From Escherichia coli (lineage in GTDB: Bacteria > Pseudomonadota > Gammaproteobacteria > Enterobacterales > Enterobacteriaceae), in assembly GCF_024223415.1 (NCBI RefSeq), contig NZ_CP100500.1: 64,000 bases of DNA. The stretch is one strand, 5' to 3'. Below are positions 31,126 to 42,334 of the stretch, piece by piece; the first letter of the stretch is position 1, and each line of letters begins with the position of its first letter. Under the pieces are notes generated by a model that saw only the letters and a list, made by a program, of their open reading frames with translations, was not told the DNA's origin and made no database searches. The translations under genes were made by a program, and so were the position numbers.

Positions 31126-33555
31126 ATGACATTAACAAGACGTGAATTTATTAAACACAGCGGTATTGCCGCTGGAGCGCTGGTGGTGACATCGGCAGCA
31201 CCGCTACCCGCATGGGCAGAAGAGAAGGGCGGTAAAATCCTCACCGCGGGACGTTGGGGAGCGATGAACGTAGAAGTGAAGGACGGCAAGATTGTTTCTT
31301 CGACAGGCGCGCTGGCGAAAACCATACCGAACTCCTTACAGTCTACGGCGGCGGATCAGGTACACACCACGGCGCGTATTCAGCATCCGATGGTGAGAAA
31401 AAGCTATCTCGACAATCCACTGCAACCGGCGAAAGGTCGTGGCGAAGATACCTATGTACAGGTGAGCTGGGAACAGGCATTAAAACTGATTCATGAGCAA
31501 CATGAGCGTATTCGTAAAGCTAACGGACAATCGGCCATTTTTGCCGGATCTTACGGCTGGCGCTCTTCTGGCGTGTTGCATAAAGCGCAAACCTTACTGC
31601 AACGTTATATGAACCTGGCGGGCGGTTATTCCGGGCATAGCGGCGATTATTCAACCGGGGCAGCACAGGTGATCATGCCGCATGTGGTCGGTTCTGTAGA
31701 GGTGTATGAACAGCAGACCTCCTGGCCGCTGATTCTGGAAAACAGCCAGGTTGTGGTGCTGTGGGGAATGAACCCGCTGAATACCTTAAAAATTGCCTGG
31801 AGCAGTACCGATGAGCAAGGGCTGGAATACTTCCATCAGCTGAAAAAATCTGGCAAACCAGTGATTGCCATTGATCCTATCCGCTCCGAAACCATCGAGT
31901 TCTTTGGCGATAATGTCACCTGGATCGCGCCGAATATGGGCACCGACGTGGCACTGATGTTAGGGATTGCGCATACCCTGATGACACAAGGCAAACACGA
32001 TAAAGTGTTCCTTGAAAAATACACCACCGGGTATCCGCAGTTTGAAGAATATCTGACAGGTAAGAGCGATAATACTCCGAAGAGCGCGGCCTGGGCGGCG
32101 GAAATTACTGGCGTACCGGAAGCGCAGATAGTCAAACTCGCTGAACTGATGGCGGCGAATCGCACAATGCTGATGGCAGGCTGGGGAATTCAGCGCCAGC
32201 AATATGGTGAACAGAAACACTGGATGCTGGTGACGCTGGCGGCGATGTTAGGGCAGATTGGTACACCGGGCGGCGGTTTTGGTTTCTCTTATCATTACTC
32301 CAACGGTGGCAACCCGACGCGTGTTGGCGGCGTGCTGCCGGAAATGTCTGCGGCGATTGCCGGACAGGCCAGCGAGGCCGCTGATGATGGCGGAATGACG
32401 GCGATTCCTGTTGCCCGTATCGTCGATGCGCTGGAAAATCCTGGCGGCAAATATCAGCATAACGGTAAAGAACAAACGTATCCGAATATCAAAATGATCT
32501 GGTGGGCGGGTGGTGGTAACTTTACCCATCACCAGGATACTAATCGTCTGATCAAAGCATGGCAGAAACCGGAGATGATCGTCGTTTCTGAATGCTACTG
32601 GACTGCAGCTGCTAAACATGCAGATATCGTATTACCGATCACCACATCGTTTGAGCGCAATGACTTGACGATGACCGGTGATTACAGCAACCAGCATATT
32701 GTGCCGATGAAGCAGGCTGTCGCTCCGCAATTTGAAGCGCGTAACGATTTTGACGTGTTTGCCGATCTTGCTGAATTACTGAAACCTGGCGGAAAAGAGA
32801 TCTATACCGAAGGTAAAGATGAAATGGCGTGGCTGAAATTTTTCTATGATGCCGCTCAGAAAGGTGCCCGTGCGCAACGCGTCACTATGCCAATGTTTAA
32901 TGCCTTCTGGCAGCAAAATAAACTGATCGAAATGCGCCGCAGCGAGAAGAACGAACAGTATGTTCGTTATGGTGATTTCCGCGCCGATCCGGTGAAAAAT
33001 GCGCTGGGTACGCCAAGCGGCAAAATTGAGATTTACTCCAAAACGCTGGAAAAATTTGGCTATAAGGATTGCCCGGCACACCCAACCTGGCTTGCGCCTG
33101 ATGAGTGGAAGGGTACCGCCGACGAGAAGCAGTTGCAGCTTCTGACCGCACATCCGGCACACCGTTTACACAGTCAGCTTAACTATGCGGAACTGCGTAA
33201 AAAATATGCGGTTGCCGATCGTGAACCAATCACTATTCACACCGAAGATGCTGCTCGCTTTGGTATTGCGAATGGTGATCTGGTGCGTGTCTGGAACAAA
33301 CGTGGTCAGATTCTGACAGGTGCGGTGGTGACTGACGGGATCAAAAAAGGCGTGGTATGCGTGCATGAAGGTGCATGGCCAGATCTGGAAAATGGCTTGT
33401 GTAAAAACGGCAGTGCGAACGTGTTAACCGCGGATATCCCCAGCTCGCAGCTGGCAAATGCCTGTGCCGGTAACTCTGCGCTGGTGTATATCGAAAAATA
33501 TACGGGTAACGCACCGAAGTTAACGGCGTTTGATCAGCCAGCTGTTCAGGCGTAA
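31126..33555 (+). CDS. torZ: TMAO/N-oxide reductase TorZ (809 aa), molybdoenzyme with a Tat signal
   Basis: Start at [21 protein letters not shown] (twin-arginine motif) inside ORF 31108..33555. Confidence 0.95.
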   Translation: MTLTRREFIKHSGIAAGALVVTSAAPLPAWAEEKGGKILTAGRWGAMNVEVKDGKIVSSTGALAKTIPNSLQSTAADQVHTTARIQHPMVRKSYLDNPLQPAKGRGEDTYVQVSWEQALKLIHEQHERIRKANGQSAIFAGSYGWRSSGVLHKAQTLLQRYMNLAGGYSGHSGDYSTGAAQVIMPHVVGSVEVYEQQTSWPLILENSQVVVLWGMNPLNTLKIAWSSTDEQGLEYFHQLKKSGKPVIAIDPIRSETIEFFGDNVTWIAPNMGTDVALMLGIAHTLMTQGKHDKVFLEKYTTGYPQFEEYLTGKSDNTPKSAAWAAEITGVPEAQIVKLAELMAANRTMLMAGWGIQRQQYGEQKHWMLVTLAAMLGQIGTPGGGFGFSYHYSNGGNPTRVGGVLPEMSAAIAGQASEAADDGGMTAIPVARIVDALENPGGKYQHNGKEQTYPNIKMIWWAGGGNFTHHQDTNRLIKAWQKPEMIVVSECYWTAAAKHADIVLPITTSFERNDLTMTGDYSNQHIVPMKQAVAPQFEARNDFDVFADLAELLKPGGKEIYTEGKDEMAWLKFFYDAAQKGARAQRVTMPMFNAFWQQNKLIEMRRSEKNEQYVRYGDFRADPVKNALGTPSGKIEIYSKTLEKFGYKDCPAHPTWLAPDEWKGTADEKQLQLLTAHPAHRLHSQLNYAELRKKYAVADREPITIHTEDAARFGIANGDLVRVWNKRGQILTGAVVTDGIKKGVVCVHEGAWPDLENGLCKNGSANVLTADIPSSQLANACAGNSALVYIEKYTGNAPKLTAFDQPAVQA

Positions 33556-33606
33556 GACGTGAATAGCGCCCGGAAACGGGCGCAGAGGTTATGCAAACGT
33601 AAAGCT

Positions 33607-33705
33607 GCCTGATGCGCTATGCTTATCAGGCCTACATAGTCCCTGCAATATATTGAATTAGCAAGGTTTTGTAGGCCGGATAAGGCGTTCACGCCGCATC
33701 CGGCA
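33607..33705. repeat. REP/BIME element downstream of torZ
   Basis: gcctgatgcgctatgcttatcaggcctac and gtaggccggataaggcgttcacgccgcatccggca. Confidence 0.65.
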
Positions 33706-33719
33706 GTAATACCAGACCT

Positions 33720-35867
<2,148 letters not shown>

Positions 35868-35919
35868 ACAAACTCCCTTTAAAATGGCCGATGGCACCTG
35901 TCTATGATAGGTGGCAAAT

Positions 35920-36665
35920 TCAGAAAAGAGAAGATTGCTGTGGAATAGCCGGAACTGCTCCGATCTCTGGAAGCGTTTTACGTAAGTCTTCCCACAGGGT
36001 ATGTACCAGTTCCGGTGCCTGGGCAATGTCTGGCGTATGTAAAAAAAGATAAGGCGTAGTGGTCTGATGCCACTGCGCTAATTTCTGTAACCAGACCTGA
36101 AATAATTCCCGGTTTTGCGTCATATCATCACTACCGATAAAACGGATCAGCGGATTTGTCGCCGTCAGTACAGCATGTACCGGAACTTTAGGTTTTTTTC
36201 GTTGAGCGTCGCGAATAGCTTCACTGTGTGGACGTGCTGCATGAACCGGGCGGCTGTCTAAAATCACCCGATTAACGCCGCGCTGATGTAAACCGCGATT
36301 AAGCGTTTGTTCCTCTTCCCCTTTGGCGAAAAACTGTGGATGGCGGACTTCCACACCATAATTAAATTCGCCAGGGAGAGAATCGAGAAAATGCCAAAGC
36401 GCAGGCAGCTCCCGTGGGCCGAATGTGGCAGGCAGTTGCAGCCAGTATTGCCCAATGCGCGGAGCCAACGGTGACATGCGGGTCAAAAATTCAGTCACTA
36501 AATCATCGCAATGTCGTAATGCTGCCTGATGCGAAATGGTCGCCGGAAACTTAAAACAGAAGCGGAAGTCATCTGTGGTCTGTTCACGCCAGCGCAGGAC
36601 AACCTCGGGTTTCGGCAGGGCGTAAAGCGTGGTGTTGCCCTCCACGCAGTTAACATGACGGGTAT
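35920..36665 (-). pseudogene. yecE: yecE (DUF72), 5'-truncated by prophage insertion
   Basis: The ORF reads (GTG)MLAFNTRHVNCVEGNTTLYALPKPEV... K-12 YecE (272 aa, recalled) begins MIYIGLPQWSHPKWVRLGITSLEEYARHFNCVEGN. Homology therefore starts near codon 27, and the residues upstream of it are phage-derived. Confidence 0.85.
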
Positions 36666-36671
36666 TGAAGG

Positions 36672-37985
36672 CTAACACACTGATTTTAATAAGTTTCTTG
36701 TGTCACTTTGGTGACCATGGGACATCATTGGGACATAATCTGCCAGCTTCTGATTCAGCATTGCGATCTGTTCTGCATTACTGTCAGTCATCCATGCTCC
36801 GTATACATTGAACACCATCTGGGCACTTGCATGGCCCATCTGGCTGGCAATGAAGCTTGGGTTTGCTCCGGCAGATAATGACCAGCACGCATAAGTGTGT
36901 CGTGACTGGTATGCTTTCCGGTGCCTGATGCCCGCACGCTTAATGGCTGTTTCCCATGAGTCGCCAATAGAATCTACCTTGTAGATAAAACCGACCTGTT
37001 TGCTTTTTCTAACCACCTGGGGGTTAAATACGAAAGTACATTCATGGTTCACTGTACGTCCATATTCACGTAGTTGAACCTTGATGTGGTGCTGCTTACC
37101 CAGTCTTGTCATTTCAGCCTGATTTTTCAGGACACTGATAGCGGGCTGGATAAGATGCACAACCCTGTTTGTACTTGCTTCAGTTTTAGGTAGAGTGAAC
37201 TCACCGAGTTTCGTATAATTGCGCCTGATAGTAATTGTTCCTGCTTTCAGATCGATATCTTCCCAGGCCAGGGAGACCAGTTCACCATGACGCATTCCTG
37301 TGTACACAGCCAATGACCACAGGTTTTTCGTCTGCTGATGTCGGCAAGCATCTATCAGGCGAATAAATTCGTCACGAGTTAGCGGATCTGGCTCTGCCCT
37401 GGCTCTTTTAAGAGGCTTAATTCCCTGGAAGGGATTTGCTTCTAAGTAACCGTGATCTGCAGCAAACTGAAACATTCCAGCGATTGTCGTCATGTAATAA
37501 TTTACAGTAACGACGCTCCGTCCTTTTGCTGCTGCTTTGTTTTTCGTTGAATTCTGGTACCCGGTCAGCAAATCTTTCCTGATATACAGCAATTCCTCTT
37601 TAGTTACCGATGACACCAGTCTGCTGCCTCCAATTTTCGGAACCATCGTTCTTGCAACGGATTCATAGCGATTGAATGCATTTGCAGAGATCTCCATTCG
37701 TTTCAGATCCAGCCACTTTTCTTCAAGTTCCTTCACCGTAATTTCTTTTTTACTTACCCCAAAAGCCTGAAGGTTAGGGGAGTCAGGGAACTGTGCAGCA
37801 TAATCAAAGCTTCCTGTGCGGATGGCAAAACATACCGATGTCCGCAGTTCCCCGGCGATCTTCCTGTTCTTGGCAGTGTCAGGGACACCAAGATTTTCCC
37901 TGACACGTTTACCTTTAAAATTAAACCAGATGCGTAATGTGCCGCCGTGGTTTTCGACGCCTGTTGGATATTTGACTTTATCCAT
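36672..37985 (-). CDS. int: Tyrosine integrase (437 aa)
   Basis: Lambda-Int-like N-terminal arm-binding region (GTLRIWFNFKGKRVRE). C-terminal catalytic residues (R..HxxR..Y: RHRKAYQSRHTYA...NVYGAW). Abuts the att junction. Confidence 0.92.
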   Translation of the reverse strand: MDKVKYPTGVENHGGTLRIWFNFKGKRVRENLGVPDTAKNRKIAGELRTSVCFAIRTGSFDYAAQFPDSPNLQAFGVSKKEITVKELEEKWLDLKRMEISANAFNRYESVARTMVPKIGGSRLVSSVTKEELLYIRKDLLTGYQNSTKNKAAAKGRSVVTVNYYMTTIAGMFQFAADHGYLEANPFQGIKPLKRARAEPDPLTRDEFIRLIDACRHQQTKNLWSLAVYTGMRHGELVSLAWEDIDLKAGTITIRRNYTKLGEFTLPKTEASTNRVVHLIQPAISVLKNQAEMTRLGKQHHIKVQLREYGRTVNHECTFVFNPQVVRKSKQVGFIYKVDSIGDSWETAIKRAGIRHRKAYQSRHTYACWSLSAGANPSFIASQMGHASAQMVFNVYGAWMTDSNAEQIAMLNQKLADYVPMMSHGHQSDTRNLLKSVC

Positions 37986-38040
37986 TGATACCTCCAGACG
38001 CCCAAGAGCGATACGAGCTTACATACTTCATGGCATTAAA

Positions 38041-38277
38041 TCACCCAGGTTGTTTGTTTTTCATTGAAGCGACCCAGGCATCTATTGCTTTTCTGTTATA
38101 CATACATTCACTGGAAGGCTTTGGATTACCGTCTGGTGATACGTGAATATACTCTCTTCCAACCATCCAGCATTCTTTCCGGGCCCGAAGAATTGTGCCT
38201 GGTTTGAGCCCGGTAATTGCGATTAGAACGCTTTCACAAACCCATTCATTGGGAGCCAGTTGAATCACATTGCCCAT
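38041..38277 (-). CDS. xis: Excisionase-like DNA-binding protein (78 aa)
   Basis: Small basic ORF immediately upstream of int. GAGG RBS. Confidence 0.7.
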   Translation of the reverse strand: MGNVIQLAPNEWVCESVLIAITGLKPGTILRARKECWMVGREYIHVSPDGNPKPSSECMYNRKAIDAWVASMKNKQPG

Positions 38278-38285
38278 GCATTACC

Positions 38286-38432
38286 TCACACAACACTCAG
38301 CCCACGGCAGTGGCACCACACTTCAAACATTCGTTTCACAATTTCACGACAGTAGAAACCGTCAACATCTCGTGTCAGGTCATAGCGATTGCCGTAACGC
38401 TGGTGGACCCATTGTTCAAATGCTTTATTCAT
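38286..38432 (-). CDS. Hypothetical small protein (48 aa)
   Basis: Hand translation gives MNKAFEQWVHQRYGNRYDLTRDVDGFYCREIVKRMFEVWCHCRGLSVV*. AAGGAAG RBS. Tightly packed between neighbouring genes. Below the ORF-track cutoff. Confidence 0.55.
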   Translation of the reverse strand: MNKAFEQWVHQRYGNRYDLTRDVDGFYCREIVKRMFEVWCHCRGLSVV

Positions 38433-38435
38433 TCT

Positions 38436-38678
38436 TTACTTCCTTTTCATGGCCCGTAATTTTTTCAGATGAGTTTCCTGTTCTGTTTCTGCCAGAATTT
38501 GTCGGTATTCCTGATGATCGAGCCGTTCAAACGTTTCATTAAAATCGTTTATTTTTACCGACTGTGTTCGCCCATCCATTCTTCTGTACAACACGGTGTT
38601 ATTTATGCAGCGAATAATTTTTACCGGGTAACCGGCACTGTCGGTATACAGTTGTCCCTGATTAATCAAAGCGAACAT
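38436..38678 (-). CDS. Hypothetical phage protein (80 aa from the internal ATG with an AGGAG RBS)
   Basis: ORF 38436..38801. Start moved to MFALINQGQLY, which follows AGGAGAAAAAATG. Confidence 0.6.
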   Translation of the reverse strand: MFALINQGQLYTDSAGYPVKIIRCINNTVLYRRMDGRTQSVKINDFNETFERLDHQEYRQILAETEQETHLKKLRAMKRK

Positions 38679-38709
38679 TTTTTCTCCTGCTCTCTGAATA
38701 GTGAGAACT

Positions 38710-39075
38710 TCAGAGTCGTATGTTTGTAGCGGGTTCAATGCTGATGATTTCTGCTGAGATAAGCATCCCGGCCAGCCAGAGCTCTCCGGACAGGTTTTCA
38801 TCCTTGCATTCCAGTCCGCCGATATTAATGGTGGCTATGATATCGCGCTTATCCTCGACTTCTTCATAAGGCAGCGTTGCGTACAGGCTTTCAATAGCGC
38901 AACTGATAACATCCAGTCCGGTCAGATTGCCGCCGACAGTGACTTCGAATGTTTCGCGGTATTCCCATAGCCCGAAAGTTAATCGAACGGTTTGTTTTGC
39001 CATGCGCCCGCATGACGTCAGATTCGGGTCATAGTTCATTATTTGCGGTTGAGTATTCTGGGCGTTCATCTGCAT
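38710..39075 (-). CDS. Hypothetical phage protein (~121 aa)
   Basis: ORF 38710..39141. The start at MQMNAQNTQ avoids overlap with the upstream gene. Confidence 0.55.
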   Translation of the reverse strand: MQMNAQNTQPQIMNYDPNLTSCGRMAKQTVRLTFGLWEYRETFEVTVGGNLTGLDVISCAIESLYATLPYEEVEDKRDIIATINIGGLECKDENLSGELWLAGMLISAEIISIEPATNIRL

Positions 39076-39109
39076 TTCCCTTAGCCCGGCGGCCTGCCGG
39101 GCGTATAAG

Positions 39110-39937
39110 TTATTTAACCTGGATAAATGGTGTATTAGCACCGCTGGTCATGTATTGCGGCAGTGTGCCGTTCCATTTATTGATGGCTTCCAGCTCCATA
39201 ACGCCGGGGTTCTGACGCAGAGCTTCACCGCGTAAACGAATAGCATCAGCTTCGGCCTGGGCTTTTGTGCGAATCGCATCAGCCTGTCCGGCAGCTTCTG
39301 CGCGCAACATATTGGCTTCCGCTTCGCGCTGTTTTACTTCCTGCTCGCGCTGCAGTGTTTTCTGGTTCGCCGTGACTTTGGCATTAATGCTGTCGATAAC
39401 TGTTGGCGGGTACTCCGGCTTACCCACATATGAGAGGCTCATTACCTGAATACCGATAGGTGTCATCTCTGCCTGAATGTCTTTAAGAGCTTCATCCAGC
39501 AGCTCAGACTTGCCGCCGTCGATAAATTTGTCAGTGGTCATTTTGCTGGCCAGTCGGTTGAGTGCGTCGGCGATCTTCTGGCGCAGGTCAGTGTCGGTAA
39601 TGTCATCCACGCCTTTGCGGTAGGTCTGAAACACCGTGGTAACTTTGGATGGATCAACTTTGTAGGCCACGCCAATGTGATAGCCGATGGTTGTACCGTC
39701 ACTCATCTGGAAACTGAACGGTTCATCGTAGGTCTTCATTTGTTTGAAGGTGGGGAAGATATAAACTTCAGTATTCCAGCCAGTCCAGTAGCGACCAACA
39801 CCGACCACCTCACCGACGCCTTTGTCGTCGCCCAGTTTATTTACCTTGATGCCAACATTACCTGGTTCAACGCGATCGCAACCGACAAGGCCAATAGTCG
39901 GCAGAACAATGGCTAAAGCAAAAATAATTTTTTTCAT
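39110..39937 (-). CDS. SPFH/band-7 (HflK/C-, prohibitin-like) lipoprotein (275 aa)
   Basis: Signal peptide plus lipobox (GLVGC). Central band-7-like region. Ala/Glu/Arg/Gln-rich coiled-coil tail (QREQEVKQREAEANMLRAEAAGQADAIRTKAQAEADAIRLRGEALRQ). Confidence 0.7.
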   Translation of the reverse strand: MKKIIFALAIVLPTIGLVGCDRVEPGNVGIKVNKLGDDKGVGEVVGVGRYWTGWNTEVYIFPTFKQMKTYDEPFSFQMSDGTTIGYHIGVAYKVDPSKVTTVFQTYRKGVDDITDTDLRQKIADALNRLASKMTTDKFIDGGKSELLDEALKDIQAEMTPIGIQVMSLSYVGKPEYPPTVIDSINAKVTANQKTLQREQEVKQREAEANMLRAEAAGQADAIRTKAQAEADAIRLRGEALRQNPGVMELEAINKWNGTLPQYMTSGANTPFIQVK

Positions 39938-40122
39938 CTTTTATCCTTAGTGAAAGAAAGACCCTTGTAAATGGCATAAATGCAGGGCGGGGTCAGAAAC
40001 GCCAGTGCAAAGCCAGAAATAACTGCTATCGTATCCTTCATGGATATAAGGAACGGAACGAGTAATCCGTAAATGCATGCGATAATTGCCAGTAAAATTA
40101 CTATTGTGAAATACAGTCTCAT
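39934..40122 (-). CDS. Small two-TM membrane protein (62 aa), translationally coupled to the SPFH gene
   Basis: ORF track. Two hydrophobic segments. Its stop overlaps the SPFH start (ATGA). Confidence 0.6.
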   Translation of the reverse strand: MRLYFTIVILLAIIACIYGLLVPFLISMKDTIAVISGFALAFLTPPCIYAIYKGLSFTKDKR

Positions 40123-40145
40123 TGGTCTGTGGTATCCCGATATTT

Positions 40146-40253
40146 TTAACCGACTGACAGCGCAATAAAGAGAATAATGATTTCTGTTAGTGTCAGCACT
40201 GTGGCAAGGATTAAAATCAGTTTTACTCTGTTTAATTCACGGTTGCTTTTCAT
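40146..40253 (-). CDS. Candidate single-TM peptide (35 aa)
   Basis: Hand translation gives MKSNRELNRVKLILILATVLTLTEIIILFIALSVG*. Below the ORF-track cutoff. Same strand and operon. Confidence 0.35.
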   Translation of the reverse strand: MKSNRELNRVKLILILATVLTLTEIIILFIALSVG

Positions 40254-40298
40254 ATAAACGGTTAGTAAAAAACGGAAGAATTATTTTCTTCTTAATAT

Positions 40299-40880
40299 TT
40301 AATGTGTCACTGGCGCTTCTGGCATACCATGAGTATTCAGGTCGTGAATCATTTCATCCAGAAGGAGTTCAAGCCCTTCGCGCCCCATAGCAGAGAGAAT
40401 GAAACCATTATCAGGATCTGCGATGAGCATTTTTTGATAGAGAAACAGAACTCGCCCCATGCCTTCAGTTTCGCCATATTTTTCAATAAATCCCCATTCG
40501 ACATGGTTTTGCAGGGCAATGCGAAGTGGTCCTGGGTATATACTTATGCAACCATGTTTCCCCTTGTAAATAACTGCGCGATCTGTCGTCCCGTTATCGT
40601 TAGGGATATCAATAGTGCCGTTCTTGTCTTCCTCTTCACTGATAAACTTCATCACATACAGCCAGCGCCACTGAGCAACCTTCAGATCGACTGAAAATCT
40701 TCCCAGCAATCCGGCATCATCAGCTTCGGCAAGACATTGCATGATTCTTAAACCGTGCCAGTATGGATTATCGAATTCGCCATCATTAAGCCGCTGTACG
40801 GCCTGAATATAATCAATGGTTGTATTACCAATTTTTATGCCATGTGGCGTTACTTCTGGTCGGAACTCTGAATGATTCAT
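40299..40880 (-). CDS. Hypothetical phage protein (193 aa)
   Basis: ORF 40299..40937. Start at MNHSEFRPEV, which overlaps the upstream stop (ATGA). No recognisable motif. Confidence 0.6.
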   Translation of the reverse strand: MNHSEFRPEVTPHGIKIGNTTIDYIQAVQRLNDGEFDNPYWHGLRIMQCLAEADDAGLLGRFSVDLKVAQWRWLYVMKFISEEEDKNGTIDIPNDNGTTDRAVIYKGKHGCISIYPGPLRIALQNHVEWGFIEKYGETEGMGRVLFLYQKMLIADPDNGFILSAMGREGLELLLDEMIHDLNTHGMPEAPVTH

Positions 40881-41065
40881 AATATTTGCTCCTTTGCTGG
40901 TGGAATAATCGTGTAGCCAGCTCTTTTTGCCATCCACAGAAATGTATCCATGCAGCCAACGAATTCATTATCCAGCAGATGTTTTGAGTAAATTACTTCA
41001 CCATTTTCAATGGTTAGCAACACTCTTACTTTTTTATGTGTTATGTTTTGTTGTTTTTCTTCCAT
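40877..41065 (-). CDS. Hypothetical phage protein (62 aa)
   Basis: ORF 40877..41080. Start at MEEKQQNITHKK after a GGGAG RBS. Confidence 0.5.
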   Translation of the reverse strand: MEEKQQNITHKKVRVLLTIENGEVIYSKHLLDNEFVGCMDTFLWMAKRAGYTIIPPAKEQIL

Positions 41066-41069
41066 TGAC

Positions 41070-41183
41070 TTATCTCCCATATGCTTTGCGCAAATACAGG
41101 TTGGCTATATGAAGATAAGAATCTCCATGTTGTGCAATGAGGCAGGCAGTTTTATACGATGCCTTATGTTTCAGGAAAGTCAT
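41070..41183 (-). CDS. Candidate small protein (37 aa)
   Basis: Hand translation gives MTFLKHKASYKTACLIAQHGDSYLHIANLYLRKAYGR*. AGGAG RBS 7 nt upstream. Confidence 0.35.
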   Translation of the reverse strand: MTFLKHKASYKTACLIAQHGDSYLHIANLYLRKAYGR

Positions 41184-41261
41184 AACATAATCTCCTGCGA
41201 ATAAAGGTTGCAACAATCCCCGGCGATAAAACCGTAATAAACATTCAGGGAATATTTATTG

Positions 41262-41627
41262 TTATTGCGCTAATTCTTTTTCGGCAGCAGATTTTGCATA
41301 TTCACATGCAAAATTCAGAATTTCGCTGCCAAGTGTTTTTGTTTCGTGATTACTGGACATATGTAATACCTGTGTTGCATGCAATAAATGATAAACATTT
41401 ACCGCAAATGAGTCCGGCTCCAGACAAATGCCTTCATAATCATCTTGTTGTGAGGTTGTTTCTGTCATTGCTCCTGAAGTGCATGCGAGCCTGTTTTTGA
41501 CAATTCTCTTTCCTCTAATCACTATATCGGCAACATCTATTGCCTTTACAACCTCCGGGAGAAGTTCCGGGTTTGTATAATCAAAGTCATCAACATGGAG
41601 AACAGTTATGTTTTCGAACTTTTTCAT
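41262..41627 (-). CDS. Hypothetical protein (121 aa). Its C-terminal ~65 aa is paralogous to the N-terminus of the adjacent HTH protein.
   Basis: ORF track. GAGGA RBS. Self-alignment by eye with ORF 41756..42304. Confidence 0.65.
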   Translation of the reverse strand: MKKFENITVLHVDDFDYTNPELLPEVVKAIDVADIVIRGKRIVKNRLACTSGAMTETTSQQDDYEGICLEPDSFAVNVYHLLHATQVLHMSSNHETKTLGSEILNFACEYAKSAAEKELAQ

Positions 41628-41868
41628 GGCTTCCTCAGCTGACTTATATGTTCTGCTATATAGCGAGTCTCAGAAGTGTTTTCATATTGAGACTGTTTCC
41701 GCAATGATTGATAAAAATGTTCGCATGTACCTTGAGGGGCGAAGCGGCGATTATGTCACCATTGGTATTGGTTCTTCCGTAGAAGAGCTTCGCGAGATAA
41801 GGAGCAAACTTGTTGAGATGCGTCATGGTGTTGCTGCTCCTCACTTTTTGGTTGCTCCGGAGGAGTAA
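41608..41868 (+). CDS. Possible opposite-strand ORF (86 aa), convergently overlapping the HTH gene by 113 bp
   Basis: ORF track. GGAGA RBS 6 nt before the ATG at 41608. The sequence looks protein-like (LYVLLYSESQKCFHIETVSAMIDKNV...). It overlaps two minus-strand genes, so it is uncertain. Confidence 0.35.
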   Translation: MFSNFFMASSADLYVLLYSESQKCFHIETVSAMIDKNVRMYLEGRSGDYVTIGIGSSVEELREIRSKLVEMRHGVAAPHFLVAPEE

Positions 41869-42304
41869 CCTCGCCAGTTAACAGCCACATCGGATCGCAG
41901 CCAAGAATATTTGCCAGTGGGGTAAGCATACTGATAGTTGGTTCATACTCTCCGCTCTCCCACTGGATGATGATTTCTTCATCGAGATCGAGCAGCCTGG
42001 CGAGTTCGGCGGTTGTTAAGCCGCAGGCTTCGCGTTGGGTGCGAAGGTTAACCAGCCAGCTTTTAGGGAAGGATTGTTTTTGTTGTGCAGGAGAAGCCGT
42101 AGATAGAGCATATTCATGGATAAATTCCATTACCTCAATGCCCAGTTCCTTTGAGCGAGCACAATCCAGAAGATGGAATGTGCGTACAGCACTTAGCAAA
42201 TTTGCAATATTTAATGCAAAGGAATCAAGTTCTAAGCCTTCAAGCGTAACACAGCCGCAGTTGATAAAATTAGTTGTTTCTGGAGTTGCTTTTAGTGTCT
42301 TCAT
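41756..42304 (-). CDS. First gene of the leftward operon: N-terminal shared domain plus an XRE-type helix-turn-helix (182 aa)
   Basis: The HTH region is LRTQREACGLTTAELARLLDLDEEIIIQWESGEYEPTISMLTPLANILGCDPMWLLTGE. It occupies the slot where lambda has N. Confidence 0.7.
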   Translation of the reverse strand: MKTLKATPETTNFINCGCVTLEGLELDSFALNIANLLSAVRTFHLLDCARSKELGIEVMEFIHEYALSTASPAQQKQSFPKSWLVNLRTQREACGLTTAELARLLDLDEEIIIQWESGEYEPTISMLTPLANILGCDPMWLLTGEVTPPEQPKSEEQQHHDASQQVCSLSREALLRKNQYQW

Positions 42305-42334
42305 ATACCCACCAACAATTTTAAATTGAATTTA

